DNA of 64,000 bases from Klebsormidium nitens (taxonomy: Eukaryota > Plantae > Klebsormidiophyceae), in assembly GCA_000708835.1 (NCBI GenBank), contig DF237246.1, positions 44,325 to 108,324 of the forward strand, in the 5' to 3' direction. The translations under genes and the position numbers were made by a program. A model generated the notes under the pieces. The model saw only the letters and a list, made by a program, of their open reading frames with translations. It was not told the origin of the DNA and searched no databases. Positions 49,401 through 60,458 of this stretch are shown here, piece after piece. Each line of letters starts with the position of its first letter. The stretch's first letter is position 1.

Positions 49401-50474
49401 GAGATCCGGCTGTTCCTTTTTGTGTAGTCTCGGGCGCCCTTCTCCGTTGCACCATCTTTGGCAGGGCCGGCAGGCTTTGCCTTTGGGTACGGAGCGCCGG
49501 ACCTCTTGACTTTGGCTGGAATGGCCCCTGGTTTGGTTGGGAGCAACCCATCAAACTTTCCCTCGGCGAACAACCGTGCGGCCTCACGTAGGTCGCCCAC
49601 ATTTGTCACGGGGGGTAAACTTTTGAGAATGTCTTCGCCAGGGGACGATAGACCTGTGGCAACAAAAGGGCAAGTTTACATTCCGGAACGCACAAGAGAT
49701 GACTGGTTAGTTGATGCTCAGCTTGAAGGCTGAGGCAAAAAAAAAGAAGCCTAGACGCCTCAGCCCGACTTTTTCAGTCCTGCGCGGCAGAGACTACGAG
49801 ATGATGGTTGGTCAAAGTGGGTTACAAGGTGACAGGGGAGACAATGATGCCTGCCGGTGCTTCTCTCCTTTTTCCTTACAAAATGACAAGCACGGCGCAG
49901 AGGATCTTGTCTGAAACCATCCAATACAGCGCTGTGGAACCCTAAAATCTGCACCATTACCACCAGAACCACCGCAGGCGGTTTTGTAAATCTCGTCTGC
50001 AACCACCAGCGAAAATGACTGAAAGATGGAAAGGAGATCAGATAGCAAGCCCAACATAAACAAATAATAACCACCACCTCCATCGCCACAGAAACAGGTT
50101 GCAGCACAGGAAACCCTAATCTGAGACCCCTCCTTGTGCCCTTTCCAAACGACCAGCGCACCTGCATCCCCAAGTGCATCAACGTTCTGCGACCATTCCT
50201 GCGATAATAACGTTGCCCCAGCTCTTTCTCCCGCGACAGCCGTATGCTGGCCACCAGTTGAACAGCGAATGTTGCCAGGAACGACCACTGTAGGTAAGTG
50301 CCTATGGTGCCTGCCTAGCCCTTCACTTAAGAGATTCTGTTGAATGCTGAACGGTTGACCACGCAATCCACCAGGCCTGTTTGGGGCCAACAGAGTAGAT
50401 GCCTGCCCAAGTGAAGCGCCTCTGGAGAACGCGTAAGTGCAGCCCAAGCTGACACCCAGCATTGCTGCCTCCAT
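43440..50474 (-). CDS. TrmA/RlmD-family RNA (uracil-C5)-methyltransferase, organelle-targeted type (resembles Arabidopsis At3g27180 as recalled), ~720 aa
   Basis: Phase-consistent exons (minus): 50474-50162, 49653-49278, 48953-48839, 48567-48458, 47229-46977, 46485-46288, 45710-45592, 45173-45056, 44510-44146, 43635-43440. Motifs: CQHFERCSGC and DIPNCRAHHP (4Fe-4S-type Cys), WGWRCRARLAVRG, PASFGQAN, ELYAGAGAIGL (SAM), IVDPPRKGL, EEKRPWILR, LIYVSCG (catalytic Cys), FFPGTDSMEVLA. Confidence 0.93.
44892..44923 (+). repeat. Perfect 16-nt tandem duplication in methyltransferase intron
   Basis: CCGATTATAACGGGCG occurs twice, exactly. Confidence 0.95.
47145..48290 (-). repeat. Tandem array of acceptor+exon-head copies inside intron 4 of the methyltransferase (functional copy plus 6 recognisable echoes and 1 very decayed one; ~150-160 nt period, ~305-320 nt higher-order dimer)
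   Basis: AG acceptors (plus-strand CTG) at 47230 (real), 47376, 47534, 47683, 47841, 48004 and 48152. Each is followed by a copy of the RAHHPAINAAVDLVKDVMVKLQIMPYDEET codons; a remnant lies at 48236-48285. Confidence 0.97.
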
Positions 50475-50779
50475 TGTTGGCACTGCTCCTGTAATCTTTA
50501 GTCACATGTAGCGGAGGCTCCTAAGAATGTATCGAACGCTGAAGCAGTGAAGGGGCGCCACAGCACTACCATTCCGAAGCCACACTTCTAACTTCTAAGC
50601 ACGCAAGTGCCTAGGCAGGCTAGGGCGGCAGGGGCCACCTGGAGGCTGGTGCCAGCAGTGCTTTTCTGAGAAGGCAGTTTGAAGTCTGTTTGACTCCTTG
50701 AGTAGCATAGACCCACGCCCCCGGGTATTACGTAGCCAAGATACAAGATCCGTTCGATCATTGATACGGACGCCTGGAA

Positions 50780-50902
50780 TGCACGCAAACCGGAGTCTTG
50801 AACTAGCACCCCCCCTACGCGCGGGCAACGGCTATCAACGGGTCGACTTCATGATCACCAAACCCTAATTTCGTGCCCACGCCCGACGCCACAGGACCAC
50901 AG
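50780..50902. promoter_or_regulatory. Compact divergent promoter shared by the methyltransferase (-) and the 51205 gene (+), with telo-box
   Basis: AAACCCTAA at 50860-50868. The plus-strand 5'UTR exon ends at CAG|GTATCA (50902), with an acceptor at 51187. The minus-strand ATG is at 50474. Confidence 0.6.
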
Positions 50903-51204
50903 GTATCACCTGCCTAGAAATCTGTTGACCAAAAGTGACAGCATGGCGCACAACATGAAGATATTTTCTGCCAGTGCAAATTGCAATGAAGGAAAAGTTT
51001 CCAAAAAGAGAACAGGTTGAATTTTACCTAGCTTGGGGGCTTCAGAAGGGCGGCACTCGCAGGAGTCGAGACGCTTGCGGGGGATCCAGGAAGATGTCAA
51101 GCGAAGTCTACGATTGAATGACCATGCGGTTTCCTCTAATATCGAGCTAATATCGGTAGCTTTTTCCTGAATCTGCATACTGTGCAGCACATGGGTCTCT
51201 TCCC

Positions 51205-54200
51205 ATGGACTCAGCGCAGCAGAGTCCAGTTCTCCCCGCTTGTTGCTTTGCCCCTGCCGCTTGGAAGGGCGTCCTTTCGAGCAAGCGAGCAAACCAGGTC
51301 GCCCCTGCTGAGATGGTTGCCTTAGAAAGTGAATCTGGCGCATCTCTTCCAAGCCAGGGTGCAGGTAAAGCATTCCAAAGTGCTGAAAATCATGGTTTGG
51401 AAAGGGTGGAGACGCCCCCAACAAGGGTGGGGGTGCATACAAAGCAGATTGTAGGAAGGGAGGGTGTTTTAGCAGGAAAAGGTGGCCCCTGCCGGTTGAC
51501 AGTTGAGATCAGAGAAAGGGGCGATGGGCTATCCCCAGAGAGGCCCCATTCAGGATTGTCATCAAGTCCGTCCAGCACAGAATGTGAGCCAATTCCTGCA
51601 GGCACACCTCTCTGGAACGCTCTGTTGCACCAGAGCCCCAGTAGGGAGCCCATTAGAACTTCCCACGCCGAAAAGTTGGATACCACAGCTGGTTACGTTG
51701 GCGGAGGAGAACCGGGGGAGTCTCCTTTGAAGCAGCTGTCAACAGTTGGCAGGGCGAGCGTGGTTGTCACGAGTGTCCCCAGCAAACTGAGCATCTCTGT
51801 GCCATTGGACCAGCACGCAGCCGCTGTGCACATTTGTACTGCTTCAGAGAGCAAGTCAGGGGGTCCTAGTGCCGGTGTCATGAGCTGGGGGGGGGTGGCA
51901 AGCTGCCTGCAGTGCTCAGCGTCGGCCGGGGCGCTTGACGCCATGCGAAAGTACTGGGAGCAGGCAGAGCAGAGGGCGAGGGAGGCGGAGGTGGCAGCAA
52001 CAAGGATGGGGAGGAATGAGGAGCGGTTGATGGCACAGCTGGCGTTGCTCCTGAAACAGGTGGGTGCTGGTTTGACACTGGTTCTTGTGGTGGGGTTTGT
52101 GTGGTTTTGTCTGCTTTGCTGGTTTGCGGACTTTCTGCTGTGATGAGCACTTTGAGCGCCATCCCAAATTTCTTTTCCTGATTCCAGCATGTTCTATGAA
52201 CTGCAGTGCAGACTCAGCAATTCAACAATTGGACTTGAGCAAGAGCAGAGGGGCAAACCAGGTGGATTGTGTCCCCAATGGTTTCATCATATTTCAGCCG
52301 GTTGACCATGTCTCAGCTTCTCAGCTACGTTTGTGGATGAATGTCTTTTCAGTTTTGCAGTCCGTTATATACAATGGTTGATTAAGTCAGGTTTGACTTG
52401 GTCATCAACTCCTGGATCGCTCGTCCTTGAGAATTGTACAAGGACCCTATGACTGATTAGGGGCACAATGTGTCAGCGCACATGGACATTTGTGTGCATT
52501 CTTTTCTGAGTCTCAGAGATCTCGCTGATGCTTCTTTTCTCAGTTGTCTGTAACGAACTTGGCATATGGAGAGAGTCATACTTTGTGCTGGGCTCGAAGA
52601 GGGATTTGTGGGGGAAAAAACAAGGTAACCAGTGAGTGTTTCAACAGTTCTGCTCATTTTAGTTTTATTCGAATGGAAGGAAATCATAAACGTCCAACAT
52701 CATGTAGCCATTCCAGTCGAGGTTGCAGGGGCGGCAGAGAAAGCAGTGACAAGCTCTGAAGCTTCTGGGTCTCGTTGATAAGAGACACAAGCAGATTCCC
52801 ACCAACTTCTGTTGTGTGAGCTTCTGAGCAACTTCGCTTTTTCCAGATTGAGCTGCGGCAGGTCCAGGTGGAGCACCTCTCGGGCCTTGTCGCGCAGCAG
52901 CAGGCGGCGTTCCTGGCCCTGGATGGGCGCTACTTGGAGCGCCTCCGCAGAGAACAGGGCCTCCCAGAGGAGCCCGCCACGTCACCCTCCCCAGAAGCCG
53001 TCAGAGGAGGGCAGTTCAAGCAGCCGGTGGGAAGAGAAGTCAGTCAAGAGGGTATCTTTTCGGAGGGACAGCTACAGGTGGAGCATTACACATCGAAAGA
53101 ACAAGGAAAGGCAATTGGGAGGGAGACAAAAGAGGAGTTGGCGACGGGTCAGAGCTCGCACCAGCATGATGTCAGCGAAGGGGCGGGTGGCGAGGCTAAG
53201 GTGAAGCGGCTTCACAGGGGGGCCTCGCTGGATGCCTGGGCGGAGCCAAGAGACGTTAGCGACATGGATGGCGATGCGGGGCCTTGTTGCGGAGATAGCG
53301 AGAGCGGGGCTGATTCTAGCTTCGAGTTTGATACGAGCCCGCTGGCCGTTTTGAGCGCCAGTTCCCCTGAGGCGGAAAGCGAGGGGGGCTCGCCAGGCAT
53401 CCGGCGAAAGCGGAGGGGACAAAGAAAGGAGGTGGAAGTAATCGTCGAAGAGATGGTCGACGCGTGCGCAGGCCTCGAGTCAGCGCAAGGTGGGTTTGGC
53501 GAGTTCTTTGTGTCGCCGAATGTGCCGGAGAGCCCGCTCAAGAGGAGGATTAGGGATGGAGATAAGCGGTCCTGTGATAGCCCCGTTGAGAGTGAGCGGG
53601 ATTCAGGCAGCCCGCCTGGCGAGGGCGTGGGTGCAGGGCGGAAGCCGGGGCCTGAGGGATCAACAGAGGCGAGGTCGTCTGAGCGAGAAGTAACTGAACA
53701 AAGTGGTTTTGGTGGGTCGGAGGACGCGGTTTTGAAGTCGGGAGAGGGTGACGGGTTTGATCAGCAAGAGAGTGCTGTTGAGGGAGATGCGGGAGCGGTG
53801 GAAGAGCAATGCGTGGAGGTACTGCAGGGGGAGGTTGGAGTCCCGGAGTTCTTACGAGTCAAGCAGGATAAACTCAGCAGCAGCGAGGCGGAAGGCAGAA
53901 GTAATGGGAGCACAATGGGGGTGGGAAGTGCTAGGGTCGCTTTCGTTTTGGGAGATGGTGTAGGGCAGCAAAAGGCCTGGGGCGGGGGGGAAGCAAAACG
54001 GGAAGAGAAGGAGAGCGGGAGCGAAGAAATGGAGGAGTTTCTGGGGCTGGCAACGGAGGAGAAACACATGGGATATGGAGTCGAAGAGCAACTGCAAGGA
54101 AGCGCACCGCCTGAGTTGACAGAGGTGGGCAGTTTAAACAACCTGGGTCAAGGAACAGGGAGAGAAGTGACCGTGGAAGGGGCTGAAGCTTCGTTCCAGT

Positions 54201-55333
54201 TGGGCTATGCCGAGTTGGCGCGGGCAAGCAGTTATGACGAGAAAGCGCTCCGGAGCAGTTGGCCCGTCACTGCTGCCGGAGCTCCTCAGATCCGCACAAT
54301 GAACGGGCGATGGGTCGAAGGGGAGGGGGCGGAAAACATCCCGAGCGACGGACGGATCCCCGAGCAGAACGGACGCGCATATACTGTTGACGGGAGGTCC
54401 GGATCTGGCGCTTGGGGCATGGTGCCACTTGAAATCGCGCAGGAGGTGGTAGTTGAGGGTTTCGGTGAGGAGGACTTTGACGGTTGGCGGCACGGAAGCG
54501 TCAGCGAGTCCAGGTCCGCCTCGCGCACGAGCGCCGATACTTTCAGCCCGGAGCCGCCGCTGATGGAGAGCTCGGGGGGGGCGTCGAGGACTGACGGCTT
54601 TGCAGAGCGGTCTAGCCCCCAGGGACGGCAGGGCGCCTGGCGGGGATCCCCTAAGCTGGTTCCGTGTAGCCCCCAAGGGCCGCGCTCAAAACCGCCCTCT
54701 CCTCGGGTCGTGTCGCCCAAGACCGGTGTGCCTACGCCTCCGGTGAACCCCCGGGGGCCTTCTCCCTCCAGCCCCCACTTTGCGAGCGCACACGAAGTGT
54801 CAAGGAAAATGGTCGGGACCGTGGCAAGCGGTCGAAGGGTTGGGTCGCAGGGCGACTTCGGGGCTGCCGCCCACCGATTGGACACGCGAGCGGGGAGGCT
54901 TTTCAGAAGAGACAGCCTGCCGAGAAGAAACAACACCTCGGATCCGTTCGGGCTCCAAGAAGCGGCTCTCGTCCCGCATCCGCCGGCCGTGGCGGCTCCG
55001 GCTAGAAAGCCGTCGACACGGGAGAAGCACTTGGCGGCGAGCGTGGGTGGCAGGCAGAGCAGCGATAAGGAGAACGACCTGCCGAAGGTGCCAACGGTCA
55101 CGCTTCGGTTGGAGGGTTTGGGGTTCAATCGGAAGACCGGGGGAGACTTCGAGAATGGAAGGAGGGTAGGGTCAGACTTGATGCAGACGTCTGGGTTGGA
55201 GTTGGGAACGGAATGGGGTTCAAGTGCGAGTGATGTACATAGTAGTGACGTAGCCGCCCCGGAACCTCCTGCGAAGCCACGGACGACATCCTCCCGGCCA
55301 CAGTTCCGGGCACTTCGTCCAATGGCAAGCTAG
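51205..55333 (+). CDS. Uncharacterised ~1113-aa low-complexity (S/G/E/P-rich) protein with a central coiled coil
   Basis: Exons 51205-52059 (CAG|GTGGGT) and 52847-55333 (TTCCAG|ATT) join in frame. Heptad-like segment LDAMRKYWEQAEQRAREAE...LLKQIELRQVQVEHLSGLVAQQQAAFLALDGRYLERLRREQ spans the intron. No other domain recognised. Confidence 0.75.
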
Positions 55334-57935
55334 TGTCAATCTATATAGAAAGTCTAGGAAGTCATGCTTTAGAATGTAGCAAATTGTCAAGTATGGCGAA
55401 CCCGTCTGTGGACATCGTCACGGGTCTGGGGACATCTTTAGGACTTGCTTCGGATAAACCGACAATTATGGAAGTCCAAGCAAGCGCTGCTGAAGAATGT
55501 AACAGCGTACTTGAAAGCAAGGCCTGCAAGTTTGACCCGATTGAACAATTTTCAGCTGGGTGATGGAATAAAGGCCGTGAACACATCATGCATAGCTCTC
55601 CTAGATAGCATGACATGATTAACTCAGGCCATCAGTCAACTCGCCAAAAAGTACAAATCCCAAGTTGCAATCAATGTTGGCGGTAGCTCTTTGGACAGTA
55701 GCTTGCCTCCAATCTGAAAACTGAGATCATCTCTCCGCGGCATGTGTTCGTTTTACAGTTGTTTTAGCGAGCACGAGTTGGAAGTTTCAATGGAAATATG
55801 CATAGCCGCAGGCTCTACATGTAAAGTTGCATCTGAGATGCATGAATTTTTGGATGTGTACCTAATTCTGCATGGTCTCAGTGTCTCAAGTGTGTAAGCG
55901 CGGGCTGGGACTCAGGGCGCGTATGCTAGGGCCGGGATTGATACTATCCCCTATGGGCAGCTCAAGAGGCCGTTATATGGCTCATTCAATGCCGCAGTAG
56001 TAAGTACTGCTTCCGTGCAATTTTCGCGTACATCGTCACCGTTCAATTGGCTGCTCTGGTCATCCGACGGTTTTGACTTGGCACGCAGATCTCACCTGGA
56101 TTGAAGGGATCCCCTGACAGATCCCTGACATTGGTCCCATAATTCCCCATCACAGGAGGTCAGCTAGTTGCTTTGCATAATTGAGCACAGGGTAACCCAA
56201 GGCTAAGAGCAGGCAGCTGAGAGCAGGACTCCCCATGGGTGTGTGTAGCTTCATACGACTTTCGATCGTGGTCTCTTCTTATCGCGAGGACGATCTGGTC
56301 CTAAGCAGCCGCTAAGTTCTGACTCCAGATGTCTCTTGAAGTTGTGGCCGTTGGCAAGCTCAATTGGTAAACAAACACGTCCACGGTTTAGCATTGAGGC
56401 GCTCAGCAAACCAGGTGAACAGCTGCACAAGTTTCGGGGCAACTCAGAAGGTCAAGGGAAGGAACGCCAATCAGGAGCGATGGCGCAGGCAGATGGGAGT
56501 AAGACCATGCTTCCAACAGCATATGATTATGTCAGGTGTTTCTGGGCCTGCCGTTTGCCATGTTTTGCCTGTGCACCATTTTGCAATTTCCGTCTGTGGA
56601 CCCTCTTCCCGCTAATCTGTTTTGTCTGCATCATTCTCAAATGCTCTTTGGCTGTCACAATGCCCCCAAATCTGTAGCCAGCTGGCACTTAGACGCGCGC
56701 AACAGATCTACTCATTGAGTGGCCGCTTTGAATGCCTTCTATGGCATTTCTTCTAGAACGTTTCGACAGCATTCTTGGTGGATTGGGGGTCCCAAGCGGG
56801 GCAATTATGAGCATTTCTATTCCATGTACATCGGGCATTCTAGGTAGCTCACGTACCTTGATTAAGGGATGAAAATGCAGGTGTGAAAGCCCGACTACAG
56901 GGGTTCAATAGGATACTACTGCCTGTATGAGGATCTCCCTACATTTTCCTCACCTTTTCTTACACACAATATCTTAGCCAATGAAGTTCTTCTGCCATTC
57001 TAAGTTGCGCAAGACAGCATCCTGTTGCAACACTTCAGCATTCTGGTCACAGAAACTCAAGACCGTGTCCCCATTCTTTGACACAACAAGCTTCTAACCT
57101 ATGCTTTCCTTGTGTCTGCAGCAGCCTCCTCCTATGTTATTGACTGGTCCAGGGTGAGTATTTACTTGCAAGTGATGGGCAGCTTTCCCAGACAGCGCTC
57201 TGCCACCTTCATGATTTGTCAGATGGTTCACATCCCATGTCCTTTCAGTGCGTTGTCAAAGGGAACAGCCTGAACTTATTGCCTTCCTGTTGGAGGCTAT
57301 CCTCAAACATGTGCTGGTTTGCGACTCTGGCATGGCATTGTGCGAAGTGATGGCTTCACCATTACTTGAGAAAGCAACTAGTTATGCATGCCAGTCGTGC
57401 AGTCTTCCTGATCAAGGCCGCCACTGTCTGGTCATTGTTCTTGGAGGTTGAGCTTTCCAGTTATCATTACACCTCAATAATGCAGCAATGGGTGATGAGA
57501 GGAGGAGTATCCTCCAATGTTTGCAGAATCTGGCGTTGCGTCTGCCACTAATCTTCTAAAATGGTTCCTTGCGTCACCCTGACGGCTGATTGCTACAAAC
57601 CTAGCAGCTTTGGAGACCAAATACTTTTACAGTAACTGTCAATCTTCCACCAAATCAACCTGGGCCTCAGGAAGGAGCACTAATCATTCTAAAAGCCTTA
57701 GGTGAGCCCATCAGCCAGCCAATCGCCATGAAATCTTTGAGGAGAAGTCAGCTTAGTGTCTTACTCAGGACCTCGTAATGCGTTTCAATGGATATGGCAC
57801 TTAACCAGAGCTTACCCAACCTCTCCAAAAATCACAACACAGCGCTGCAGGACAAAGGCTTCAGGCTCTCAGATACAAGTCTACAAGTCTAGCCAATCTC
57901 TTGAAGCACATAGTACAACTCTCTGTGCCTTGCAG

Positions 57936-58973
57936 AACGAGCAGCGCGACCCAGGCTACGAGGGCCTCAACCCCGACGTCTGGATCGCCGAGAGCAAGCA
58001 GTTCCCCGGGGAGAAAGAACTGGTCGTGAAAGCCCCCATCCCAAAGGGTGCGGTCGTCTTCACCGGGCACTACCTCCGCGAGCGGAAGGGCACAATCGTG
58101 ACGGCCGACGAGCTGCTGTCGTGGCCGGTGGAGAAGCGCGAGGAGTTCATGCACTGGACGGTGCAGATCTCCGACTTCGAGTTCCAGGCGGCGACGGTGC
58201 GCGAGGACGGGGTGCCCGAGGACTTTGCGGCGTTCATGAACCACAGCTGCGACCCCACCATCTGGTGAGCAGGGCTGACTTCCTCAGTGCCGCGAGCATT
58301 TCAGAAAAGTGAAGGTTTTATTGTTTCACGACACACCAAAGAAACGCTTGTAAACCTTTGATTGCAGAATACGAGAGATCCGTACAACTTACTGGGGTTG
58401 GCAAGTTGAATTTGCTTACTGGATAAGTTGTTGAATCGACCTTCTTTCGAGGCCTACATGAGCGAGCCAGGACATAAGAAGCGACTGCGCAGATGAGCCT
58501 CTTCGACTGCTGGTTCTGACATCTGCTGGTATTTTCAGCGTTTTACCTGTCGTTGAATCGAGAACTGATGAACCAGGAGCTGCCTAAGATCTTCCCACTT
58601 CTCTTGAAGATCGTCTCATAGCGTCATATTCAAAGCTCTGAGAGTCACTAACACCGTCAAACATTCGTGCAGGTTTCTGCCCGATGACTGGACCATGGTG
58701 GCGCGCCGCGACCTCAAAGTCGGGGACGCTATTCTCCTCGATTACGCCACCGCGGCGAACTCGTCTCCTATTGTGTATTTGAGCAACATCAAGGACATGC
58801 CATGCTTGTGCGAGACGAAGCGGTGCCGGAGGCTCCTCAAAGGAACCGACTACTTGAAGAAGGAGCTGTGGGATCTGTACGGCGCTCACTGGTCGCCGAG
58901 CGTGTATCAAATGTGGAAGAGGGATGGGATTGCTCCGCCTCAGGGAGAGGGCGTCGAGCCACTTGATGCTTGA
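57936..58973 (+). CDS. Small SET-domain protein with post-SET cysteines (lysine methyltransferase-like); 5' exons probably at ~56480-57153 but unresolved
   Basis: Exons 57936-58264 and 58673-58973 are in phase. Motifs: FMNHSCDPTIW, MVARRDLKVGDAILLDY, CLCETKRCR, TDYLKKELWDLYGAHWSP. Confidence 0.9.
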
Positions 58974-60458
58974 TCATTCGGCTTGACATTGGTGAATAAT
59001 GAACAGCCAAATGCAGTCGTCCTCGTACTGCCCTAACCGTCCCCACTGTAACTTAAGCGTTGCTTTGTGAGTAAGCTCCAATAAGTGCAACGATATGAGC
59101 TAACCGGTCTTGGGACTAAACTCTGAATACATTTTGATGCTACAAGTACTGCAAAATAGGAGTCAAGTTGCTAGTGATACCGCGGTAAGCTGGGTAGAAC
59201 GGAGCCTACGAAAGCTCCTCGTTGTACGTTACGTTGTGTGGTAAGTGCAACGTGCACCGTGGCATTCATTATGCATGGTCACGTGCACCTGATCGATGCG
59301 AGATCGCACAGCTGTAAAATCAGCTTCTATACCAGTGGCTTACGCGCAACTCGAAAGCCTGTCCGGTTATACTGATCTTGTACAGTGACAGGCAAGCTGG
59401 CGTGCTGGCAGACTGACGCACCCCAGCAGTTCATGGCAAGCTCTCAAAGGAAGTAACTTCACGGTATGTAGAAACCTGGCTAGACGGTCATGTTTAAGGC
59501 AGCTTACTCGCGGATGTGGTACAGTGCATGCTTAATTTGGGATCCGCATGCATGCACGCTAGTAGTAGGACTTTCGATGATGAGCTCTCCACATTGGCCG
59601 CCATGTGCGAGATCCACATGAAACGATAATGATGTTCTCTTTTCAATTCACCGTGCAAGCTACATGGGCCATAGGCTCCATGGCATACATGCAGGTTTGT
59701 GTTAGAGTTCTGAATGCCTCGCGCTACCCTACCGTCTGAATCTCCGTGTGCTACGATGATTAGTCCAAACCCAGCTCCTCGCAACGTTATTCATGGTCAA
59801 TGCAGTCTAGCTATGCTAGCAAAATTGCTGCAACTTTACAAGACTACGGGCCAGCAGATCGACTCAATGTTGGAACTAGGATTGGCACTAACTAGCGGAC
59901 GGCGGCTGGCGATTTGGGATCGGAATGTAGACCGCAGAAGGTGCATATGCCAGCATGGATGCGGTGTTTTGGTACATACATATGCATCATGCCGGCCATG
60001 CTCAATTGTAGCTTTTCTTCAAAGCTCACTCGACACGCACGTGGAAATGATCGGATGCATGCCCAGCACCATTTAAATGATCATAGGACAATGGAATTGT
60101 GAGCTAGTTCATGCACGCACATTTATCTTGCAATTTTCGACAAAGCAATATAAAAAATGGTTTGGCGCGGTGGCCAGATCTTGACGAAGGTGCAAATGAA
60201 GGACGGGACCAGATTACCTGGCTTGCTGCCTGATTCACGAATCTCTTGCATGAAAAACACAAACCTAAAGATAACTCAGTAAGTTGCAGTATGTTAAGTT
60301 TGACGATTCAGAACCATTATTTGTTGCGCCGCCTCATCTGCCGTCGACTTTCATGTCATGCGACTACATTGCACATACCGCAACGTGGCTGCTCCAGATG
60401 CGCAAGGAACGACGATTAAGTTACCATTCCTACAAAGGCGCCCTTCTAATGCAAAGAA

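Noticed and set aside
53072-55128. Long antisense ORFs (e.g. 280 aa at 54286-55128) and similar shadow ORFs over VPS13, SOS1, SET and the methyltransferase
   Set aside because: These are expected shadows of GC-rich coding exons; no domains or splice support.
32925-58973. Functional cluster of modifying enzymes (oxygenase, RNA methyltransferase, SET)
   Set aside because: They are independently promoted eukaryotic genes in mixed orientation with unrelated genes between them, and there is no evidence of a shared pathway.
59494-60076. ORFs that might be transposase or integrase remnants
   Set aside because: No DDE, RT, RNase H or zinc-knuckle motif was recognisable, and I found no TIRs or LTRs.
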